Shown in pieces: positions 1 to 14,349 of a stretch of 64,000 nucleotides of DNA. The stretch is from Octopus bimaculoides (Eukaryota): assembly GCF_001194135.2 (NCBI RefSeq), contig NC_068998.1, forward strand, positions 54,990,276-55,054,275, in the 5' to 3' direction. The notes beneath the pieces are model-generated. The model ran no database searches, was not told the origin of the DNA, and worked only from the letters and a program-made list of their open reading frames with translations. Each line of letters begins with the position of its first letter. Position 1 is the stretch's first letter. The position numbers and the translations under genes are program-made.

Positions 1-81
1 GATTTTCAAATGAAATCAGTTAATAAATCACATTTGAATTACAATGTATATAAAAATGTATAAATATACTAGGTTCTTGTT

Positions 82-350
82 GACATCGTTTCCAGCTGGC
101 TATACAACACAATCTGTGTCCTTATATTTTCGAACAAGGGAATCTAGCACCCCCACTCAGCTCAAAACAATATCTGTGTATCGCGATTTCCAGGTTATTA
201 TTGTTTTGAGCTGAGTTGGGGTGCTAGATTCCCTTGTTCGAAAATATAAGGACACAGATCGTGTCGTATAGCCAGCTGGAGATGATGTCTCCTGGGGCTA
301 AATTACAGCAACATTCGTCCAAAACCAGGACTGCCATGTTATGTTGGCAA
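82..350. mobile_element. Fold-back element related to 24385-24905 (91-bp near-perfect arms)
   Basis: 82-172 pairs with 199-289. The right arm aligns by eye to 24750-24895 (agctgagttggggtgc..cccttgt..ataaggacacag..ggctaaat..ggactgccatgttatgttggca). Confidence 0.75.
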
Positions 351-859
351 ACAATCTTTACTCCAAATCATTTATTGTTTACCAATTCCACCATTATTGT
401 TACCATTTGTGAGCTCTATCATCAAGCCAAACATCAGTCAATGCACTCTGCTGCTGCCACTTGTGACAAGAACAAATTCTATGCCATTCTTTTCTCTGCA
501 TTTCAATCTGTTATATAACTGCTAGACTTAAATCTTAAGTACTACAATAGCTTTATTGAAGAATATACTACAAATATAAAAGCATTTTCAGAATCAAATA
601 GCATTTCTTCCACAGAAGCCATTATAATTAAATTTCTAATGAAAATTCAGACATTTTGTAAGGGGGTGTGTGAGTGACAAGAAGTGGGGTGGTAGGGGGA
701 GGGGGGAACATTGGGTTTAAAATTCATTGACTAAATATTAGTTTATTCTGTAATATTTCTATATTTGACACATTTTGTGATTTTCACTGACTTGCCATGC
801 ATTTAGTATAATCAACAAAAGATGCTGAATTAATGCTTTCTGATAATTCATACAATATT

Positions 860-1640
860 TAAACGTTTTGTGGTTTAAGGATAAACTAAAGGCAAAGAGA
901 AAAGGGCTAGTATCAGGCGGGATTCCAAGGGAGCACTTTTTATTTAGATTTGTTTTTGTATTAGTTTCAGTCATTAAACTGTTTGTGGCCATGCTAGAGC
1001 ATTGCCTTTTTAGGGTTGACTCACGACCAGTATTTTATCAGTCTCTAAAAGACAAAGTGAACTTGGGCAGGGTTTGAAGTCAGGACATAAGGCAGCAAAG
1101 GATGATTTTTAAGGATGTGATGTAAAAGGTGTTTATTCTAAATGAAGGGTAACATCTTGTTAGCCATTCTGTTTTGACCCTTCTGTGTAAGGTTCCTAGA
1201 TGAATATAGCCGGGTATAATGGACATGTTTCAGAGCATGACAACTAATGAGGATTCCAAGATGAAACTGATCCAAACGTAAAGAAACACCTCTGAAGTTG
1301 AGGCTAATGACTTGAAAATAACAATGGTTCATTTGAGAACATTAAATGAGTATTTAACATTTAATGTTGAGTACACGTGGTAGGAAACTTATGTGATTTG
1401 GGTGCAGTCTACTGGAAGTAAAATCACTAATCCATAAGATATCGACTGAACAGCTAATTCCAACGATGGCATTAAATCTGGCCAAAATAGTGCAAGACAA
1501 TAATATGACCAGTTTTCCAAACACATCTTGTTATCGTAAAGTGGCTGACAATCTCAAATATTATCAATAGAAATAGATGACTAAATGCATTCCACCCAGA
1601 AAAATAATTGAGAAATGATTTCAATTACTAAAGTGGGAAA
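860..1640 (-). mobile_element. Decayed RTE-type LINE fragment (plus SINE tail)
   Basis: SIDNI-EIVSHF (LE.V..F.YLG region) and RLDQFHL (LE.FH.RCLR region) on the minus strand. Confidence 0.45.
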
Positions 1641-2199
1641 ACAAAAGTTATTCATTCATTAGTTTGAGCTGATATGTATTTAGGTTAACCTCACCATTGC
1701 TAGTTTAACCAGGGTTCCTTTAAAACCTTCCTATGCATTATAGCTGCCCTTATACAAATCTTTTGTTTGTAGAATCTAACTTCTTTTTATTACTTCTAAA
1801 CTACCTCAGCTCAAATCTTCTGCCCCAAGTTACTCCTAATCTTTATCTTGTTACACTATTTTTACAGAGACCCTATTCTTTCCCTGCCTTTCTTTCACTC
1901 TTTTTTTTTTTTTTTTTTTTAGAGAGAGAGAATAAACAATGCCTATTCTTAATTGTTTATGATATGGGAAAAGGGATTTGTTAAATATTACAAGTTTTAG
2001 TATTCCTGTATAAATAGACACAGTGCCATGGATTAGCAGAAAACCTCTGAGCGACAGATTGTCCTGTGGTATTCTTTCTTGTTCTCTGCACTCCTGAGTT
2101 CAAATCCTTGCAGTGTCAACTTTATTTTTATACTTTGTACTTCACAAAAAAAGTACCAGTCCTGTACAAAAGTTGATCTCTCTCTCTTTTTCTCTCTTT

Positions 2200-2244
<45 letters not shown>

Positions 2245-2604
2245 ACCCATAGCATATCTAGTGTTCTCAGTCTAGTTGTTTTTGGTTTCCATTGCCTTAA
2301 TTCCAGTCTCCATTCTTGACTATGATTATGTCTGTAAGAGTAAAAGATCTATTTATTCTATTGGTAAATACTTTATTCTTTTTATTTTAGAGTTTTGGTT
2401 TTAAATCATCTCTAAAAGTTGAATTATAGAATATTTTTATGTCCATTTTCTCTGAAATGTATTGGGGAAAAAAATGTGATTTCATAGGTTTTGTAAATTC
2501 TTAGACTATAATTAATATTAGATATTGATAAAACCAACAAACTGCTGCTCTAAAATTCTAAGTTATATGATATTAGTTAACATACTAAAGCATTTGAAGT
2601 TTAC

Positions 2605-2639
<35 letters not shown>

Positions 2640-3399
2640 TTGATATTGAAAATGTTTTACCCAGACAGAACAATTGATTAAAGTCTTATTTCCAAAGCTT
2701 TCCTGGCTGCTAACTTCTTACTGGGTAAAAAAAAAAAAAAAAAGAAAGAAGGAAAAAGCTGTCAAGTTCTCAGCCAACCTATTTTCTCCTCCTCTTCCAT
2801 TACTATGAGTTACTACTAAGGTAACTGGATCATTGCTGCACCAGCAGCCTGAATCATGGGATCAGTGATGTTAAAGCTGAGTTTCAATCAATAGACAATC
2901 GGTGGCCTACTAAGACACAGCTTATCACCACCATGCTTGTACTTTTACTACTTTGCCTTAAACCCAGTATCTCTTGAACAAATCTAGAATAATAGCATCA
3001 GGAGTCTTCATGAAATAAGCCATTAAATACAACTGGACAATTTTTTTTTTGTCTCAATAGTGTTTTAGGTTTGTTTGAATTTTGTGTTTTTTAACAATAA
3101 CCTTATAAAAGCTCCAATAGTTATCTAGATGCTAATGTATCATTTATCTTGCATCATTTTAACTGTTTTCACTTGTGTTTCTGAACAGATTTTAACAGCA
3201 ACATTGAAGGTTGTATGAGATTAGTTGAGAAGTCTTTTCTTAATGGAAACATAACTACACACTCATTCATATTTGTTTGATTCCATTTGGAAATAAAGTC
3301 AAAATTTCAACATTTGTTTAGAATAATATATATAGAATTTGTTTTTATTCTAACATATAATTCAATCAAGCATATATTTTTAAAGTAAAATTTTGTAAC

Positions 3400-3405
<6 letters not shown>

Positions 3406-3495
<90 letters not shown>

Positions 3496-3500
3496 ACACA
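3406..3500. repeat. Compound microsatellite (CT)n(AT)n(AC)n, one of many in the window
   Basis: Directly visible. Confidence 0.95.
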
Positions 3501-6289
3501 CATTCACACTATAGATTTCTCTTTTTAATACATATGTCAATCAGGAATCTTAGTATGATCTCCAGTTATATACTGAACATTTTAAATTAATTACCAGTTA
3601 TCATTTGCAATAATTATAAATCAATACCTGTTGATTAGAGCGAACAGCTTTTCTTCTCACTTTGACACTTTGAAGCAACATGTGACCAATTGTAAAGGAC
3701 AATTGTTCCAGAGACAAATTATTAGGATTTACATAATGACTTTCTGGTTCTCTGCTGCTTGTAACTATTAGAAACAGAGGTGTGTGTGAGTGAGAGAAAG
3801 AGAGAGAGAGAGAGAAAACGCTGGTTTGGAACAACTTCAATATCAAGTTACTTATTAATGAACTTGCTGAAAATTATAAACAATTTTTGTAAGCCATCAA
3901 CTCTTTTACACCCAGTTTTTATGCTGCTGGTTGTTTCAAAGCTGTATTCTCTGGTGTGAACTGAATTATATTTTCATGACCAAACTCTTGAGGCCTTTTG
4001 TTATACTTGGCATAAATAGCTAACTAGATTATGGATGGAAATCTCTAGATTGAAAAAAACAGAAAAACTGAGAGCTTTTGTGAACAATGCCAAATTCAAG
4101 AGGATTTGTAAGAAGTGTAAAACTTGAGATAAAAATAACCATTCTCATTTGCTAAACAAATATTGTTGCTACCAAATTGACAAAGGTAACAATCTCTTCC
4201 AAACATTTCCATTGAATAATTAAATTATAACAATTATTATAGTCCACACTCTGCATTGTTGTGCCATTCAAGACACATTATATTTTACAAACAATATTTC
4301 AAATTAGATTGGAGCCTGGTGTAGTCATCCGGTTGCACCAGTCCTCAGTCAAATCGTCCAACCCATGCTAGCATGGAAAGCGGACGTTAAACGATGATGA
4401 TGATGATGATGATTTCAAGCGAACAACAATACTCTCCTTGGATATATTAATTTTACTATTTTTGATGATATGAGCCAATTAAGTAAATTAGAGCTATGAT
4501 CTTAACTTAAGTAATAACTTTTGTTTTTTAATGTTAAAAACCTTAATGCAACTTGTAAGTAACAATTTTAGTTTTAAAAATTGTAAATTAGATCAATATT
4601 TTCATCACTAGCAATTATTTCTCCTAACCAGTTTCTATAAAATAGATGATAGGAATATTCCTGGACAGAGCAGAAGTCTTTCACTGGAATCTCTTTTCAG
4701 CCAATCAAATGGTTTCTTCTTAAAGTTTACTTTTGAATATCAATTAACCTCTTTACTTTATGCTTACAGAGTTTATTCTTCAATATCACAATTCACACAG
4801 AACAGATCGCATTCAGTTTTTTTTTTATTTTCTATTTCCAGTAAATGTTGGTCTTTTAACATGAATGACCGAAGTTGAATTATCAGTTAAATATTATGCT
4901 TCTGACATACTGTGTGTGGGTGTGTGTGAGCACGTGCAGCAAAGGTGAAAGACACCTTTTACTGATAACATCTGACTAAAACTGATGAAAGAAGTTTTGC
5001 TTTTAAGAGAATGGTGAGATTGGAGAATGTTTCAGCAGAAAGAAATTGATAAAAGTTCCTTGAAGGGAAAAGAGAAAGTTATTTGATAGATGACACTTCA
5101 CATAAAATGTGAGATGGAAATGTTCAATGCTGACCTTTTAATGACAGTAGTGAGTGTGCTTGAGTAGATGAGATCGATATAAGAACACAGGTTGAGTCCA
5201 TAATCACTTGTCTAGAAATAGCAACCAAATCTCACTCATATCACACTACACCTTCTTAGAAAAAAGAGGAAGGATACATTAGACAATGTAGTTTTGAGTA
5301 CCCACCAAACAATGGAATGGTCACTATTGGAATGTATTTCCTTCAGTGCTGCTAATCTCAAGCCAAACAACATAGACATGATTATGGAAGGGAAGAGGGA
5401 TTGTTTAATCTAAAACAGACATTTTTACCATTTTTACGAAATTTTGCTTAGAAACTGTAGACTACACAAATAGTTAGAGTTTTATGAGAGCAAAACAAAA
5501 TGTTTATTGTTTCTTTAGCAAATAGTATTTTCTCGTGATGTAAAGAAGGAGTGAATTTGTGGACATGTTTTACCAGTTGCTAATAAAAATACAATAAAAT
5601 GTTTATTCAGCTCAGCTTAGATTAGATTTGTATGTTTTTGATAAACTGAAAGAAAACAACTGATTTAATAAACTCCAAACATACTTCACGCCCGCATATA
5701 CATACACATATATACATTGATATCAGTTTTTATTGATATTATTGATGCTTTTCGTTGCAATCACTCTTTGTGCCAAATATGGTCTTCTGTTTTCAAAACT
5801 AACATTTGCCTCCTTTGTAATTGATTATAGACTCAACGTTTTGTTTGTCATTGATCATTGTCAGTGATAGTCCACCAGTTCATATTGATTTCCTTAATTA
5901 TATTTAACTAAGATCAATCAAATTATCTATACAATATGCCATGCTAATCAATATCAGCTAAGAAATAGGCTAAGAGGTGATTATATATCAAACTGTTTAA
6001 TTCTTTTTTCTTTAAATAAAATCCTTTTTGTAATTTTATTTGAGATTCCTAAATAGATCTCTGATTTTGAACCTAAACAGGTTTACCTCTTTGGGATTAT
6101 GCATTAAAATGTTTTACTGTTTTCCATCTATTTTTTCATGTTGGGGTTCTTATGAACATTTTGGACGTTTGCATTTTGTCGGATGTGAAATGTTTTCCAT
6201 TGTGAAGTTTGAAATGGTAACTATTCTCCCTCAACATGTCTAAAACAGGCATAAAATGTTTGCTTGCTTAGTGGAGTAAAGTTATTTTG

Positions 6290-6733
6290 TTGCCAGAGAA
6301 TACTAAATGCCCACCATTGCAGTTTCTGCAATCCCTTAATGACCACCAAAAGCCAAATCCACAAATGACCCACTCTCCTCCTCCAACATCCAGCAGCAAG
6401 TTCTTGCCTTTAAGAAATTTGATGGAAACCATGTTGTTGCTCTCAACATCAGCAAAACTCCTGATTGCGTCTCCTATGGAAACTGCCTGTCCATGGGGTT
6501 CACCCATCTCTCATCTCCTGCATCAATAGCTTTTAGTAATAAATTTATTTCTTGGTGTTTAGTTTCCCCTCTCCTCTTCATTTCCTTATTTATTCCGTTT
6601 CGTTACTTCCGACTGTTGCTGCTCTCTCAGAACAATGTGACTGCTCTTCTATTGCTGTAAATGTCAGCATGGTCATAGATTGCCATTGACAACTTTCAAT
6701 GAGATATTGATATGTCAAATCAGAGAGAAATAA

Positions 6734-6764
<31 letters not shown>

Positions 6765-6900
6765 TTGAGAAAGGAAACTGTTTACACTCAGCCGAATCCT
6801 CTGTACAGCAAATGACGTGGAGTTTGATGAAAGACAACTGATATGAAGACATTGAATTCCCTTATTGATGAAGCATTTCAGTGACTCTAACAATTGTTTC
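6290..6900 (+). mobile_element. Decayed CR1/L2-like LINE reverse transcriptase fragment
   Basis: LNDHQ.. (DHQYGFR-like), HVVALNISKTPDCV (VALDISKAFDRV-like), LVSPLLFI (LSPTLFLLFIND-like), in shifting frames. Confidence 0.6.
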
Positions 6901-7014
6901 AAGAACATTTAACCGAGAAACATGCACATTAATGTTATATATTCCAAGTGCATTTGTGTTAATATGCCCATCACTTATTTAATGATTTTCAACTAACTTT
7001 AAATATAATGATAA

Positions 7015-7455
7015 TCCTTTCTGCTATAGGCACAAGGTCTGAATTTTGGGGGAGGGCATAAGTTGATTATATCAACCCCAGTACTCCACTGGTACCTATT
7101 TTATTGATCCTGAAAGGAGAAAAGGCAAAGTCAGTCATGGTGGAATTTGAACTCAGAACATAAAGATGGACAAGCATTTTGCCTGATGTGCTGACAATTC
7201 TGCCATCTCACCGTCTTAATAATAATAATAACAATAATGGTTTCAAATTTTGGCACAAGGCCAGCAATTTTGAGGGGAGGAGCAAGTCTATTACATCAGC
7301 CCCAGTACTGCACTGGTACTTATTTTTATCAACCCTGAAAGGATGAAAGGCAAAGTCGACCACGGTGGAATTTGAACTCAAAATGTAAAGACAGATGAAA
7401 TGCTGCTAAGCATTTCGCCCAGTCTGCTTCCGATTCTGCCACTCGACCGCCTCAG
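7015..7455 (-). mobile_element. Two tandem copies of a tRNA-derived SINE (family B)
   Basis: 7015-7220 and 7245-7455 are colinear repeats with a B-box (gagttcaaattcc on minus). Same family on + at 13065-13300, 21310-21510 and 36140-36345. Confidence 0.85.
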
Positions 7456-7838
7456 ATAATAATAATAATCACAGATGAGTTGCATGCTTGTGTGTTCCCA
7501 TAGTTTAGACAGACTTCTGTCTGATGGCAAACCATGCTGTTTTCTACTTGTAAAGGAGTTTTAGATTCATGCTGCAGTTTGCTAACAGAAGATATTTAGG
7601 AATCAACTCTTTTGGCTAGAAGCAGGTATGTGGATTGGAACCTTTGGTCATCACATTGACATGTGAAATTTACAACAGCCATCAATAAAACTCACACACA
7701 CACACACACACATTATTATTATTATTAGTGAATGAAGCAGTTGGTGTTGGAGGAGTGGGATAGACAAAGCTAATAGTACAGACCTGTTTTCATTATAATG
7801 ATTTAGCTTATTATCTTAGATGATAATACAGACTTGCA

Positions 7839-7902
<64 letters not shown>

Positions 7903-8659
7903 AGAGAGAGCATGATGTCATGTATTCAATAGAGATGCTGTATTGAAACATTTAATCAATTTCATTACAACTGGACTATAAGCAATTTGGCTAAGAAAAT
8001 TGTTGCATACCAAATTAGTTTTGTGCTTCAGTGTAACAAGTTATTCCACACATAAATCGATCCCCACTCAGTACTTGTCATATTGGAAACAAAATCATTT
8101 GCTGGGTTTTTGTGTAAAATATTACCCTGCCATGTTGACATGGAGGAAGAAATTTTCAAATGTAAATTTGAAGAGGATTCATTTAAATACATTTCTAAAG
8201 CTTTAATTTAAAGATGCGAGTCCTGACTCCCGCACTCTCTGGTAATGCATTGGAACGTTGTCTTATTTTCCACCACACTACATGAATGAACCTCAGCATC
8301 TAAGCTCATGAAAGCTTCATCAGTTCTAGGATATTTTCTGTTATTTAATAATGATAAGGCCCAGGTTGCATAGTTAAGAAGTTTGCTTTGCATCCACCTG
8401 GTTTCAGGTTCAATTCCACTGTGTGACACCTTGGCCAAGTATTTTCTACTCTAGCCTCAAGTTTGACTCATGGTTTGTAAATAAAATTTGGTAAATGGAA
8501 ACTGCACAGAAGCCTGCCTTGTGTGTGTGTGTAAATATGCATCTATGTACACACACATACACACACAGATGCTGGCACCAAATTTGATTTGGTATATAAC
8601 AAGTCTCATACACTTGAGATGCATCAATTGGTTAACAATTTGGCATGTGATTGCTTAGG

Positions 8660-9330
8660 TCAGAGCACTGGAATCCAGGAAGCCAATGTTTGGAATTAAC
8701 AGCTCCAAGAACAACCTTTCCAGATTTAAACTTCACCATTTTAAGCACATCCTCTGGAATAGGGAAATCAATTCCCATACCTTGAAGACTCCTCTCTATA
8801 CAAGTGTGAGAAGGATGTGGGAAACAGAATTTGTGCTAACCATGATGCCTTTGGGAGACAACTCTGCCATGTTTTCAGAAAGAAAGACTTCAAACAACAA
8901 ATTCATGACATTGTCAAGTTGTCATCATCTCAATCTGTGACTGTTTAGCAATCAAAGAAACTTGAGTGCTTTCACCAGCAGAAATCAGATGTGAAGACTA
9001 CAGGAAATGTTGAGTCTCTGAGAAAGCTCAAACCATCAGCATCAAGCAGTGACTCATATAAATAGGTTTCATGTGTTGTATGAGTCTTGTCACGTTTCCT
9101 TATCAGATTCTTTACAGTAAACTCTACACTGGTAAAAATAGTCCATGGCTACCCCATGCGACATTACAAAGATCAACTTGGACTGAACAGAAGTTGAAAA
9201 CCAACTTACAGAAAAGAAAAGAAAAAGAGAACAACTCTGGCATCAAACTGTCTTGACTGGTGTAGAACAGTTTGAACAATAACATCATCAAGATGAAGAA
9301 GACAAAATTATAAAGATGAGAAATCTTGTA
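8660..9330 (+). mobile_element. RTE-type LINE 3' fragment
   Basis: PYQILYSKLYTGK..PMRHYKDQL and LWHQTVLTGVEQFE match RTE ORF C-terminal motifs. Confidence 0.7.
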
Positions 9331-10549
9331 ATAAAGCAAGTGTGCACTTGTAATAAAACAAGTGTGACTTGTGCAGATGCAGATTTTCATTACAAAGAGC
9401 AATCTTGTCAGTAATCAGAAACAACAAATGGGGAGTGATGGGAGAAAATAAAATCCTTAGGAATGAGGAAACAACAACAGTCGTATTTATTTCCGAATCC
9501 TCTGGTGTTCTTCACTGATTATTTTTCAAGTGGCAGAACAATCCTTTTCTGGTTTATTTTCCACTGAATTCAAATGACAATGACATGTTTTTGTGACTTT
9601 CCTCTATTTCATTAAATACTTCAATACTGGAACTTTAGGTAATTATTTAGTTTTTAATTTTTTTAATGACTACTGTTAATTACTTTATGATATAGCTTTA
9701 ACCATTCACATCTATTTTTATCTTTTTTTTTTTTTAATGATTTCTCTGTTGTTTACCTTGATGTTTGTCTGGTGNNNNNNNNNNGTCAGCAATAAGTGTG
9801 TAAACAAGTGTTTGTGCATGTGAACATAAATAATTGATAGTGCAAAAAATTAATTCTAATTACATTATATAATTAAAGACTACGTTAAAAACAATATCTC
9901 TCTTTACAGTAATTAATAATTCAGTTTTTTCTTCTTCATTTTCCTCTCTGAATATTTGAGTGTATTTTTTTTTTTTTGATAATATTATTCAACTCACTTT
10001 AGGGAAATAACCACTTTTAATAACATCAGACATTTTTTTTTTTTTTTGAATATGCTCAGAAAACATAAAGTAGTATTTTCCAAACTTGCGACTATCATAA
10101 AAGTGTATTTTCTTCTTCTTCTTTCATCTCTAACTCATAAAAACCAGGGCTCTATGCAAAACATTTGTTTGAATTGTGACATCATAATGCCACAGTTCTA
10201 TATTTCATTATTCATTAATCTTAATCAGAATTATCATATCAACTTCTTTAACAACAGAATTCTTTTAATCATCACTCGTTTCTATTATGTCCAATGTACT
10301 TTGTACTCCTTGGAGTGATGGTGTTAGATTACTTAAATCTCGAGAAAGCAGAATTGTTCCAACTCATTTATTGAGAGAAAATAAATTGTTTTTCATCAAA
10401 TTTGGACAACATTTAGTCCAAACAACCTCTAATAAATCTGAAAACAATATGAATTGAAATGAAATTACAAAAACTAAAAGAAGACCTGTTAGAAGGGTGA
10501 GGAAAGAGAATGACTCCCTTTACATTTTTGGAAGTGGTCTTTTATATAG

Positions 10550-10885
10550 GCACACACATGGCTGTAGGGTTAAGAAGCCTGCTTTGCAACCACTTGGTTT
10601 CAGGTTCAGTTCCACTGCACAGCACCTTGGGCAAGTGTCTTTTACTACAATTCCAAGCTGACCAATGCTTTGTGAGTGAATTTGATAAACAGAAACTATG
10701 AGGAACTCTATTGTGTGTTTGTCCTCCTCACTGCTTGACAACTGGTGTTTGTTTGTTTACACCCTTGTACAAGACTTTTAAGAAATAAAAAAATAAATTC
10801 TGAGGTTGATCTTTTCAACTAAATCCTTCAAGTCAGAGCTCCAGTATGGTCACAGCCCAGTGACTGAGACAAGTAAAAGATGAAG
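10550..10885 (+). mobile_element. tRNA-derived SINE (family A)
   Basis: ggttcagttccactgc..caccttgggcaagtgtct..tgactgagacaagtaaaag. Other copies at ~8355-8520(+), 48470-48590(+), 54900-55110(+) and 60065-60425(-). Confidence 0.85.
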
Positions 10886-11924
10886 AATATTCTAGCAATA
10901 ACGTTTTTGCTATTTGAAGAGCCGTAATGCCCTATACAACAAAATAACCAGAGTTCACATGAAGGAGTTGGCTATCTCCTAAGTGACTCTTTTTCTTTAC
11001 ACTCTCTTCTACAATTATGTTAGATATTCTTTCTCTGAATAATTGTTACAAAATCAATAGTATCCACATTTGATTTAAGCACTGATTTTTACACAAACCT
11101 GTTGAATTTCTATAGATCTATTCTCAATGTCAGGTGGGGATGCAGTTTAAAGAAATACCTCTTTTGTATTTCAAAATTAACAATGTAATATATACATTTG
11201 TTCACATTCAAAATTAGAGAACGGACACAAGAATTTTCCATTATTCTGATTCTGAACAGCAAACAATATACATTGAATAATGTACTAGGCCCAAGTGAAA
11301 AATTGGACATAGTCATAGCTTTGAAGAACAAGGTGAAATATTCTTAATCACTCAAGGTTAATCTGGAGCTAAATACTAATCAACTAACTTCATACTTAAA
11401 TAGATTTAATTAGTTATCAGTTTCATAAACTACTCTATAAAATATCAACAAATATTCTATACCTTACTATAATGGGTGTTATGTCCGATCCTGTTTTGAT
11501 ATCTTGTTGTTCAGTTCTTTCACAAGAGACTTCATAAAAGAAACAGCCAAAAGCCTTCCACTTATTATTATTCCATCTTTTTTTTTTGTCTTTTATTCAG
11601 ACATATTGTATCCTGGACTCCATCATCTAATGTATCTTTTAGATTTTTTAGGTAGGCAGGGCTATCTGGCTGCTGTCTCTAGTAAATCAGTGATAGCATA
11701 GAGGCTCTCTTGTTAGATGTGTTTAGAGAGATTTTCTATAATAGGATTTTCAACAACAGTATCTTATGTATTAAACCTCCATGTCTTCCACACCTACAGA
11801 GGCTATACTTACAGCCACACTCTTAATTTCATATTGGAAGTCAGAAAACTAATTGCAGGAGATAAATGAAACAGTAACTCGCTTTTCAGAAGCCTCTCTC
11901 TGTTTCTCTCTCTCTGTCTCTCTC

Positions 11925-11971
<47 letters not shown>

Positions 11972-13304
11972 CTCCCTGTGGAGATGGTTTACTATTTTGT
12001 TAAATGAATAACCTATTTGTGATAATCCTGTTGACGATAATCATATCAACGTTTTACTATTTTTACATAAGCGGACACTGAAACCTGCCTGTAAGTACTT
12101 CCTACTGTTTCTATGAGGACCAAAGCACATCCTTGATGTTTATTTCTCTTCAAGTGACACTCATTAAGTTTCCCTCATTTCACCTTAACTATACTCTGCA
12201 GACTTTTATCTTTGTTGGGATTTTGCAAAGGGAAGAGAGGGATTATTAACAACTTCCTGTCTGATATGTTGAAAGATTGATCTTGATTAAACATTTTGTA
12301 TGAAAAGCACAGTTTCCGTGTGAACTTCTTTACCTTGACATCTGCTCCATTGATGATACTGGAAACTTTCGACTTGGGAACTAAAAAATCACTAAATGGC
12401 TTTCAAAGATTTCTCTTTTTAAAATCATAATTTCCTGCCAGAATTAGACATTTCTATATCTTTGATGTTAAGCAAGTAAATTTATAGATAAATTGTTATT
12501 TATCTTCACTACATATCAAAGTTATTTTATAGATTTTAACATAAAATTTAAAGAACAAAATTATATTTTCATATACTTTACACTGACTAGAAATTTCACA
12601 GTCGTTTCCGGCTGCTGTTTCACTCAATATTTCCTTTAAAAGAAGAAAAAAGAAAGAAAAAAAAACAACCAACAAACAAACAAATCTTCTCAATTATCCA
12701 AAATCCAAACAGCTTCCTGTTGTTGAATTCCATGTAGTAACTGCAACATAAGTTTCATATTATTTTCAATTTAGACATTTTCAATAGTATTTTAATAAGC
12801 TACTTGATATCAATTTGCTTGTTAAGTGGTTATTTTGAGATTACTCCAAATTAGAGTTAACACAAACCTCAACTATTACAACTCAAATCATTATTTTAAC
12901 ATTCATTTGAAAAGGTAAGATGATTTTCTTCATGTTAAATAGTTCCTGTGAATTTAATTTTTTATTTTACCATTTTAGTGTATTTTAAAAAAATAACGGA
13001 ATTTTTTTTTTTTGTAGAATAAGTTTTATGAGGTATGTTAAATGTTTGGTGATATTAAATGGCCAGAGAGATGTTATTCTATGGCTGTAACAAGCCAAAA
13101 GCAGCACAAGAGGGGTTATCATTAGCATGTCCGATAAAATGCTTTGTAGCATTTCTTCCAGTTTGTTATGTTCTGAGTTCAGATTCTGCTAAGGTCGACT
13201 CTGCCTTTCATCTTGTCAGGTTTGATAAAATAATTACCAGTCAAGCACTAAACCAACTAGAACCCTCCCCACAAATTTTATGCTTTGTGCCTAGAGCAGA
13301 AAGG

Positions 13305-13337
<33 letters not shown>

Positions 13338-14349
13338 GTATAAGCACAGAGTTAATTAGTTTATGACTAGTATTTCATATCTCAACCAGATACATTACAT
13401 TATCTTTATTCTGACTGATTTGAGTGCATCAGGTAAGGAAGCAGCAACATTCTCAGAAATAGTAAATTTCACTATTTATATTTTGTCTATGAAAAAAATC
13501 TAATCTGTTTCTTTCAAGAGTTAAAATAAGACTTAAATTCCAAAGATTGGTACTTTGTACTGAATGGTAGCTGCATTACTACATTGAAAAGCTAGTATCT
13601 TGTAATTAAATATCTACAATAAAATATCAAAGAAAGCTTATAGGGTAGTAATAGCTTGATGATTGAAACCCATTCTACTAGAAAAGCAGGCTTCCACAGT
13701 TTTTTTCTTTCTACTTCTTGCACCAGTCAACATGTATTTCATTCCTCAATGAACACAATAGATTTACTTTATGTTGGTGACTTAAAATTGAAATTTCTAA
13801 ATATAAACTTTTTTTTCTGCTATAATTATTGCAAACTATTTTACTGCTTTCATTATATTTTTACCAAACATACAACTGATTTTCAGCAGTATATAATATT
13901 TACAAAAAAAAAAAATAAATAAAAGCACTGTAGTTAACTAGTTTTTCCAACTATGCAGGATACATTATTCATATAGTAACCCAAGCTGGTGTAGGCATCT
14001 TATCTTCATAAAATCAAAAAACCATGACTTTGAGAGAAACAGTTTTCCACATTCCAAATTTTTGAAGCATGGAATAAGCTACCTTTGTTGTTTGTCAGCT
14101 GTTGGGACTCAGCAGCCTTCAAAAATTTCCATTCTTCCAGAAACTCACCAACACTACACCGATCTTGCATATATGCAGCCTCTTCTCCCGTTTATCACCT
14201 TTCTCCTGTTCACTTCTTTCTTATTTTCCAGTCTTCTCTTTTTATCTTGTCTTCTATACTTTTAGGAGGTGCCATTGCTGTCTTTCTTCACTTGACTTAT
14301 TCTTGCTTTTCTGTCCCCCCCCCCCAAGTTCAGGTCTTGTGTTTTATAG

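Noticed and set aside
3628-3764. Minus-strand exon-like segment (137 nt, open, AG/GT bounded)
   Set aside because: No recognisable protein and no linked partner exon; the + strand here loosely resembles decayed RTE sequence. Left unresolved.
6287-6529. 80-aa ORF as a host exon
   Set aside because: Neighbouring frames carry LINE RT motifs; it is a decayed retroelement.
8290-8330. Minus-strand CTGATGA-AGC..GCT motif
   Set aside because: No GAAA core follows; compatible with chance.
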